NCBI GenBank assembly: GCA_944372465.1
Contig: CALVZG010000034.1
Span: 8,832 to 72,831, forward strand
DNA from: an uncultured Clostridia bacterium
GTDB taxonomy: Bacteria; Bacillota; Clostridia; Christensenellales; UBA1242
Direction of reading: 5' to 3'
Length of the DNA stretch: 64,000 bases
Shown here piece after piece: positions 58,122 through 64,000 of the stretch. How positions within the stretch are numbered: position 1 is the stretch's first letter; each line of letters starts with the position of its first letter. The notes beneath the pieces are model-generated. The model did no database searches, was not told where the DNA came from, and saw only the letters and a program-made list of their open reading frames with translations. A program made the translations under genes and the position numbers.

Positions 58122-58934
58122 TTGCAAACAAAAAAGTTAATTGAAGAATATTTTAATAAAAGAGAAGGTTTTGCTATTTCTATTAAAGCGCTTGATAGTT
58201 TGATTGGAAATGGAGATGATTTTTATAGTGAGACAAAAGATGATGATAGAATTTTTATTTGTGAATGTATTGATTGTTTAAAACCTATAACCCCACAATT
58301 AAATAAAATAAAAAATAACTTAAATAAATATAAAATTATTGGGATTAAAATTTATTTAGGCTATCAACCTATATTTGCTAACGATAAAAAACTCTTTGAA
58401 GTTTATGATTTTGCTAAAAAACAAGGTCTTAGTGTAGTCTTCCATTGTGGTGTTGGGGCAGAAAACTTAAAATCAGAAAAAAATATTAATTATGCGTCTT
58501 GCGTTCCTGTTGGAGAAATCGCTAAATTATATCCTGAAACCAATTTTATTGTTTCGCATTTTGATTATCCACATTTAGACGATTGTTTAAATGTTATTTT
58601 AAATAACAAAAATGTATTTACCGATATCTCTGGAGAATATGAAAATTTTAATAATTTAGATTACTCCATTTTGATGAAAGATTTTATTACAAAATTAAAT
58701 AATGCGATGTCTAAATACGATAAAAGCCAAATTGCTCAAAAAGTTATGTTTGGTACAGACTATTTTGGTATTGGTTCTGGCTTTGAGGCTGTAGAAGAAT
58801 ATATAGAGACAGCAAAAATATTATTTGGAGAACAAAATTTAGAAAATATTTTATTTAATAATGTTTTAAAAGCATATCCAGCTTTACAAAAATATCTATT
58901 TCTAGATAATTATGTTGATAAAGATTATGAATAA
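58122..58934 (+). CDS. TIM-barrel metal-dependent amidohydrolase (Amidohydro_2-like); the true start is probably upstream of the TTG in the track
   Basis: In-frame codons directly upstream (58101-58121) read IIDCHTH, the metal-binding HxH N-terminus of this family. No ATG/GTG/TTG lies in frame between the TAG at 58062 and 58122. Confidence 0.6.
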   Translation: MQTKKLIEEYFNKREGFAISIKALDSLIGNGDDFYSETKDDDRIFICECIDCLKPITPQLNKIKNNLNKYKIIGIKIYLGYQPIFANDKKLFEVYDFAKKQGLSVVFHCGVGAENLKSEKNINYASCVPVGEIAKLYPETNFIVSHFDYPHLDDCLNVILNNKNVFTDISGEYENFNNLDYSILMKDFITKLNNAMSKYDKSQIAQKVMFGTDYFGIGSGFEAVEEYIETAKILFGEQNLENILFNNVLKAYPALQKYLFLDNYVDKDYE

Positions 58935-59006
58935 TTATTGTTCTTGTTCATTAAAAAAACAAACATATTTTTAAGATGTTTGTTTTTTTATTTATACAAT
59001 ATTCTT

Positions 59007-59687
59007 TTAATCTAAATTAAAATTATTTAATATTTCTTGTCTTATTGACTGATATTCTTCATAACTTATTATGCCATTATTTAATAAATTTTTTGCATCT
59101 TGTAATTTTTTGTAACATTTGCTTTTATTATCAATTCTATTATAATAAATCGCACCATAGTCAGAGCCTATTCCTACAAAATATCCCACTAATGTTAAAA
59201 TTACTGTAAAAACTCCACCAAGGAAAAATTGCAAAATTGATATCCATATTATTTCCCATACTTTATCAATCATTTCTTCTTGTGAAAGATGAGAATAATG
59301 TTTTATTTTTAAACCTATTAAAAAACTACATATCCCTACAATTGAAAAAACAATACAGCATATTATAACCTTTAATCTTGTTCCATCATAATCATAAGTA
59401 CCATTAATTTGCTCTTGTTTTAAACTTTCACTCATTGAAGCGAATATTATTCCCAATATTGCCATAGAAATAACACAAATAACGCCAAAAGCAATACTGA
59501 GATAACCTGACCACAATAGCCAATTATTTTTTTGTTCCCCTTTCTTATATCTTTCGAATATGGTACTTGTATATTTATCATCTACATTTTCATCTATCTC
59601 TAAATCTTCAGGCTTTATATTGTTGGGAAGAAAATCACGAAGTTCTTCTTTTGTTTCATCTTTTAAATTATATTTTTTCTTTTCCAT
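59007..59687 (-). CDS. membrane protein (4 TM) with a C-terminal SHOCT-like domain
   Basis: C-terminus LQDAKNLLNNGIISYEEYQSIRQEILNN fits the SHOCT pattern. The central part is hydrophobic. Confidence 0.55.
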   Translation of the reverse strand: MEKKKYNLKDETKEELRDFLPNNIKPEDLEIDENVDDKYTSTIFERYKKGEQKNNWLLWSGYLSIAFGVICVISMAILGIIFASMSESLKQEQINGTYDYDGTRLKVIICCIVFSIVGICSFLIGLKIKHYSHLSQEEMIDKVWEIIWISILQFFLGGVFTVILTLVGYFVGIGSDYGAIYYNRIDNKSKCYKKLQDAKNLLNNGIISYEEYQSIRQEILNNFNLD

Positions 59688-59799
59688 ATAACTATTATAA
59701 CATATTTTATTGAAATTGTAAAGATAGTTATTTTATACCACAAATTTAAATGATTATTTCATATTCACAAAATAACAAACCGATTTTAAATATAATTTA

Positions 59800-60849
59800 T
59801 TAGATTATTATCCTTTCACCTCTAAATTTACTAAGATTTGTTAAAACTTCATATTCTGTGCTTTCAATAATTGGAGCAATATCTGAAGCATTATCCATAA
59901 TCTTTGCTTTATCCCCAATCTTACAATTTATTTTAGATATATCAACCATGAAGGCATCCATACATATATTCCCTGTAGAACGAGCCTTTTTGCCATTAAT
60001 TTCAATTACTAGTTTATTTGATAGTTTTCTAGGTAGGCCATCACCATATCCTAAAGGTATAGTTGCGACCACCATATCACAATCTGCTGTATAACCACAA
60101 AGATATCCTATATGTTCACCTCTGTTTACTTTTTGAATATCAACAATTTCACTTTCAACACTTAAAATAGGTTTTACAAATTCATTCCCATATCCATAAA
60201 TCTCCAAGCCTATTCTATACATATCTACATCTAATTTTTCAAAAATACAACGCCCCCCTCCTGCGTGTCTTATAGTTTTCCAATCTTTAGGAATATGATT
60301 TAAAAATTTATAAAACTTTTCTTTTTGTTTTTCTGTATAATCTCTATCAGTTGTGAGAGATGAAAAATGCGTATAAATTCCTGCTAGTTCATATTTTTTC
60401 TTAATTAAAAAATTAATTATTTTATCAAGTTCCTTTTCATTTTTTATACCATATCTATTCATTCCTGTATTAATACATAGATGCATTTTAGGGTTGAGGT
60501 TATATTTTTCTGCTATTTTAATTATTTTTTTTGTATCATTATATGAAAAAAGTGCAAATGATACATCATTTAACATACATTGTCTATAATCTTCACAAGC
60601 TCCAAATACTATGACATCTTTATTAGTATATTTTTTTGCCAGTATCCCCTCGCTTTGATTAGATACACCAAAAAAATCTATTCTATTATTTAAAATAGAT
60701 ATTATTTCTTTCATGCCATGACCATAAGCATTGGCTTTTATCATTACACAAGTCTTTTTTTGTGAAATTTCTTCTATTTTATCTACATTGTACAATAAAT
60801 TTTTGCTATTTAAAAAAATTTTTGAGAACATATTAGTATATATTCTCAA
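59800..60849 (-). CDS. alr: alanine racemase
   Basis: PLP-lysine motif VMIKANAYGHG, the C-terminal beta-domain, and a length of 349 aa. Confidence 0.85.
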   Translation of the reverse strand: MRIYTNMFSKIFLNSKNLLYNVDKIEEISQKKTCVMIKANAYGHGMKEIISILNNRIDFFGVSNQSEGILAKKYTNKDVIVFGACEDYRQCMLNDVSFALFSYNDTKKIIKIAEKYNLNPKMHLCINTGMNRYGIKNEKELDKIINFLIKKKYELAGIYTHFSSLTTDRDYTEKQKEKFYKFLNHIPKDWKTIRHAGGGRCIFEKLDVDMYRIGLEIYGYGNEFVKPILSVESEIVDIQKVNRGEHIGYLCGYTADCDMVVATIPLGYGDGLPRKLSNKLVIEINGKKARSTGNICMDAFMVDISKINCKIGDKAKIMDNASDIAPIIESTEYEVLTNLSKFRGERIII

Positions 60850-60916
60850 AAATTCATTTTTGTTTTATGTTTTATAATTAATTTTAAATATATTTTTTAG
60901 AATAAATAATTACATA

Positions 60917-62929
60917 TTAAATATAACTAGCACTTAAACTTATATTTCCATTTATTCCATTCGTATAAATGACTTCTAAATACTCTTGTTTTTTATAATA
61001 ATTATTTGCTAATTCTTTAAATTTTTCTATTTCCTCCTCGGTAACATTATCTCCAACTATATCTATGTCTGTTATATTTAAACTATAAATATTTTCAGTA
61101 AACATACCATTTAAATGTGATGCGAAAAATGAATTTTCTATTTCACTACTAAATACTGAATATCCAAATAATAAATTTGTGTTATAAGAAAGTCCATAAA
61201 TATCACAAATTGTTGGTAATATGTCGTAAGTATTACAAAAAGTATCTATCACTTCTCCACCGCTTTCTTTAGTCAAAGCAGGGCTATAAATTATGAATGG
61301 TATATTATATGCCTCTGTATCTTGATAATTTACTTTCTCTATTCCTTTTACTTTTAAACTTAAATCATGATAATAAGCATTATGATCTGAAAATAATACT
61401 ATTGATGTACTATCAGATAAACCTCTTGTTTCAAGTTCTGATATCAAATTCGCAACCGTTCTATCAAGGTCGATAAAGGCAGATTTATAATAATAAAAAT
61501 GTTCATAATCAGTTTCGTTTGACGGGATTGTATACGTGGTATTTTCTTCTAACCATTTGGCAAATTTTTCATAATTTTGTTCATAAACTTGATAATATTC
61601 TTCGTAGTATGGGTTTCTATAAGTATAAGGTCCATGCGTTGACATTGTAGCAATAAATGTTAAAAATCTATCTGTGTCTGGAATTATTTTATCCATTAAA
61701 TTTGATGTAAAATCATAATCTGATATCCAATGCCCCCAAGCGTCTTTTACTTGCTCGCCTGTATAATCTTCTAGCCCATATACTTGGTCAAACCCAAAGG
61801 CGTTAGTGTGAGAATAATCTCTGCTATAATAACTTGCTGTGTTTGCATGAACAAAATTCATTGTTGTTGTTTGCCCTTCCTCTGATGTTTCCTTAAATAT
61901 TTTTGGAAGTGCATAATCAAAATTATATCCATTATCATATGCTTGAGTTAGTGAAATTGTCCTTGGCATACTGCCATTTATTACTATACCTTCACTATTG
62001 TTTGTTCTATTTCTTCCATAAAAACCTGTAAAAGATATAGAATCATTTCCCGTTGCTAAACTATAGAGCGTTGGGGTATTATAAGGGTCAATTGCAAACC
62101 AATCTAAACTCTCACACAAAATAACTATTAAATTATCACCATATAGTGGGGCATCAGGATTTTCTTCTTGATAACCTGAATCTATATAATTTTCATAAAA
62201 TTCAATTTCTTCTTCTGTTGCACTTCCAAAAAAGATTAAATTTAATATACTTTTTGTATAAAATCCATAATAACCAAATTTTTTAAAGGCATCTAACTTA
62301 AATTGAAAGTTCTCCCACAAATATTGGTCGCTACTTTCTATCTCTGTTTCCCCCGCTGCCGTTCCTGTTAAATTTTCCTGTTGCACTTCATACAAGCCTA
62401 GCCCTAATGATTGACACATTATAAACACTGCTAAAACAATTATTGGTGTTGAAAAATATTTAATTTTAATGACTGATTTGTTATATTTGAATAATATAAT
62501 TGTTGTTACTATCATTACTGCAAAAATTGTTAAATTTAATAAAATTCCAAACCAATCTATTAGGTCTATTGTTAAAGCGGCTGTTGCTTCTGCACCTAAA
62601 AAAATGAGGTCAAAAGATAAAACATCACCGAGAACTGAATACATGGTAGCATTTACTATGTTTAATATAAATTGTATGGATATAAAAAAATAGAAAAAAA
62701 TCCGCATTAATATTTTATTATGTAAAACATATATAAAGCCTGCAATCATTAATATTATTGCAAAATCAAACAAAAAATATGATGGCAAAATCATCTGATT
62801 TCCATTTGAATCTTTAAAACCTAAATATAAAAAATTAGCTATTTCAAATATAATAGCAAAAACTATGAATAAAACTGGCAAAATAAAATTATTTGTTGAA
62901 ATATTTCTTTCTTTGACCTTCATGCTCAT
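60917..62929 (-). CDS. LTA synthase family protein (polytopic N-terminus plus extracellular sulfatase-fold domain)
   Basis: Five N-terminal TM segments followed by a sulfatase-like domain (NLIVILCESL, ..MSTHGPY.., ..LFSDHN..). Confidence 0.8.
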   Translation of the reverse strand: MSMKVKERNISTNNFILPVLFIVFAIIFEIANFLYLGFKDSNGNQMILPSYFLFDFAIILMIAGFIYVLHNKILMRIFFYFFISIQFILNIVNATMYSVLGDVLSFDLIFLGAEATAALTIDLIDWFGILLNLTIFAVMIVTTIILFKYNKSVIKIKYFSTPIIVLAVFIMCQSLGLGLYEVQQENLTGTAAGETEIESSDQYLWENFQFKLDAFKKFGYYGFYTKSILNLIFFGSATEEEIEFYENYIDSGYQEENPDAPLYGDNLIVILCESLDWFAIDPYNTPTLYSLATGNDSISFTGFYGRNRTNNSEGIVINGSMPRTISLTQAYDNGYNFDYALPKIFKETSEEGQTTTMNFVHANTASYYSRDYSHTNAFGFDQVYGLEDYTGEQVKDAWGHWISDYDFTSNLMDKIIPDTDRFLTFIATMSTHGPYTYRNPYYEEYYQVYEQNYEKFAKWLEENTTYTIPSNETDYEHFYYYKSAFIDLDRTVANLISELETRGLSDSTSIVLFSDHNAYYHDLSLKVKGIEKVNYQDTEAYNIPFIIYSPALTKESGGEVIDTFCNTYDILPTICDIYGLSYNTNLLFGYSVFSSEIENSFFASHLNGMFTENIYSLNITDIDIVGDNVTEEEIEKFKELANNYYKKQEYLEVIYTNGINGNISLSASYI

Positions 62930-63050
62930 CTCCTAGTTTGTGCATTTTCCATTTTATTTATTATATATATAATTATAATATAATAGAAAAAATTTTGCAA
63001 GTAGCAAGTTTTAATTATTTAATAATTTAATATATTCATATGTTATTATT

Positions 63051-63080
63051 AAAAAAAAGCGTATTTTTACGCTTTTTTTT
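63051..63080. terminator. bidirectional terminator (A8-GCGTA-TTTT-TACGC-T8)
   Basis: A perfect hairpin with symmetric A and T runs, directly downstream (3') of the small membrane protein gene (63099-63425) and on the promoter side of the LTA synthase gene. Confidence 0.75.
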
Positions 63081-63098
63081 ATTGTTTTTCTCTTACTA

Positions 63099-63425
63099 TT
63101 ATATAACAAGTGGTACTATAATACCTGCTATAACTATTAATAAGCAAATTACATAAAGTACTTTCCAAACCATTTGTTTTGGTCTTACATATCTCCATGC
63201 AAGTATTGCAACAATTATTATCATTATGGCTGTGGCTACACCCTGAAGAGCACTTACTACTTTCATGTTTATTCCACATGCTGATAAGATAAGTGAAACT
63301 GCATATAAGAATGTAACTGCAACTATTGTCCAAAATGAAATTTTATTAAGTCCCCAAACATTTCTTTTTGATGATGAACTTTTTGTTGTAGAACTCTTTG
63401 AAGATGATGATTTCTTAGTTGCCAT
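63099..63425 (-). CDS. small membrane protein (3 TM) with a Ser/Lys-rich N-terminus
   Basis: From the ORF track, with RBS GGAGGAGA. The overlapping 84-aa ORF in another frame is disregarded. Confidence 0.55.
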   Translation of the reverse strand: MATKKSSSSKSSTTKSSSSKRNVWGLNKISFWTIVAVTFLYAVSLILSACGINMKVVSALQGVATAIMIIIVAILAWRYVRPKQMVWKVLYVICLLIVIAGIIVPLVI

Positions 63426-63504
63426 TTTTATCTCCTCCTATTTAAAATTATACTACCATTTAACATTATTGTCAACGGCTTAAACACATTTTATTATTAA
63501 AATT

Positions 63505-63765
63505 TTATTCTTTTTTGTCTGTTTCTTTTATATTGATTAAAATTTTCTCATCCAAATCTTCTTCTTTAATTTTATCAGATAGCATCATAAGATATGGGAC
63601 ATATTCTTCCCACCTGTAACTTCTTATTGGCATAGGACGATGATTATCAAAATATAAAACAAGTGCTGGACATATCCCATTATAATTATCTACAAATCTA
63701 TATCCTGTAAGTTTGCCTGACAATATTAATTTCTTTACTTTTGCATGATAATTGAAATATTTCAT
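63505..63765 (-). CDS. conserved-looking hypothetical protein (86 aa)
   Basis: From the ORF track, with RBS AAGGT. The sequence ..ICPALVLYFDNHRPMPIRSYRWEEY.. looks globular. I cannot name the family with confidence. Confidence 0.45.
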   Translation of the reverse strand: MKYFNYHAKVKKLILSGKLTGYRFVDNYNGICPALVLYFDNHRPMPIRSYRWEEYVPYLMMLSDKIKEEDLDEKILINIKETDKKE

Positions 63766-63830
63766 AACAAAACCTTCTTTTAATATATTTTTTATTATTA
63801 TTTGTCTTTTTATTAAAGTGTATACATAGT

Positions 63831-64000
63831 TTAACCTAATGCTACATCAAGTATCATCATAAGCACAAATCCTATTATAAAACCTAAAGAGCCAATGTTG
63901 CTAGGATATGAGTTTTTAGCATCTGGAATGAGTTCTTCAGCAACCACAAAAAGCATTGCTCCTGCCGAAAAAGATAAAAACCATGGCATTAAATTTGATA
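63831..64000 (-). CDS. ZIP-family metal transporter, C-terminal part only; the gene runs off the right edge
   Basis: The reverse translation ends ..MLFVVAEELIPDAKNSYPSNIGSLGFIIGFVLMMILDVALG*, with the stop at 63831-63833. This matches the conserved last TM helices of ZupT-like proteins. Confidence 0.6.
   Translation of the reverse strand, partial: SNLMPWFLSFSAGAMLFVVAEELIPDAKNSYPSNIGSLGFIIGFVLMMILDVALG

Noticed and set aside
63079-63333. 84-aa Cys-rich minus-strand ORF overlapping the small membrane protein gene
   Set aside because: It is an alternative frame of the better-supported 108-aa ORF, which has the RBS and coherent TM helices.

Overview
This is a very AT-rich chromosomal segment whose gene content and local synteny fit a low-GC Bacillota-type organism (mrnC-rlmB-sigH, rpmG-secE-nusG-rplK-rplA, LtaS, HelD). 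All calls were made by eye from motifs I recognise; no searches or folding programs were run. Housekeeping genes found: ppa (partial), tRNA-Ser(CGA), rpmG-secE-nusG-rplK-rplA, secA, ychF, mrnC, rlmB, sigH-like, metG, initiator tRNA-fMet, gyrB, gyrA, helD, hisS, uvrC, tmk, alr, an LtaS-family enzyme and a partial ZIP transporter. Standard code 11 fits, and TGA is used as a stop at rlmB. I found no transposase, integrase, phage structural gene or CRISPR array. Accessory or orphan content: (i) a 2813-aa signal-peptide plus C-terminal-anchor surface protein, divergent from a GT2+TPR glycosyltransferase and next to a secreted 295-aa protein and an XRE regulator; (ii) two adjacent domain-less proteins of 784 and 1517 aa that share an ...EREL C-terminal tip and a GLxSFIKR(K/R) motif; (iii) a single-polypeptide ABC exporter preceded by a short leader ORF and a terminator that buries its RBS. 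Non-coding signals worth a second look: the initiator tRNA is followed by two 121-nt tandem units, each replaying the tRNA 3' end, a pseudo-tRNA body and its own terminator. A dense cluster of seven DnaA boxes lies between helD and hisS with no dnaA in the window. Two perfectly base-paired cloverleaf-like nested palindromes sit just upstream of helD and tmk. None of these is proven; each finding lists a decisive test.
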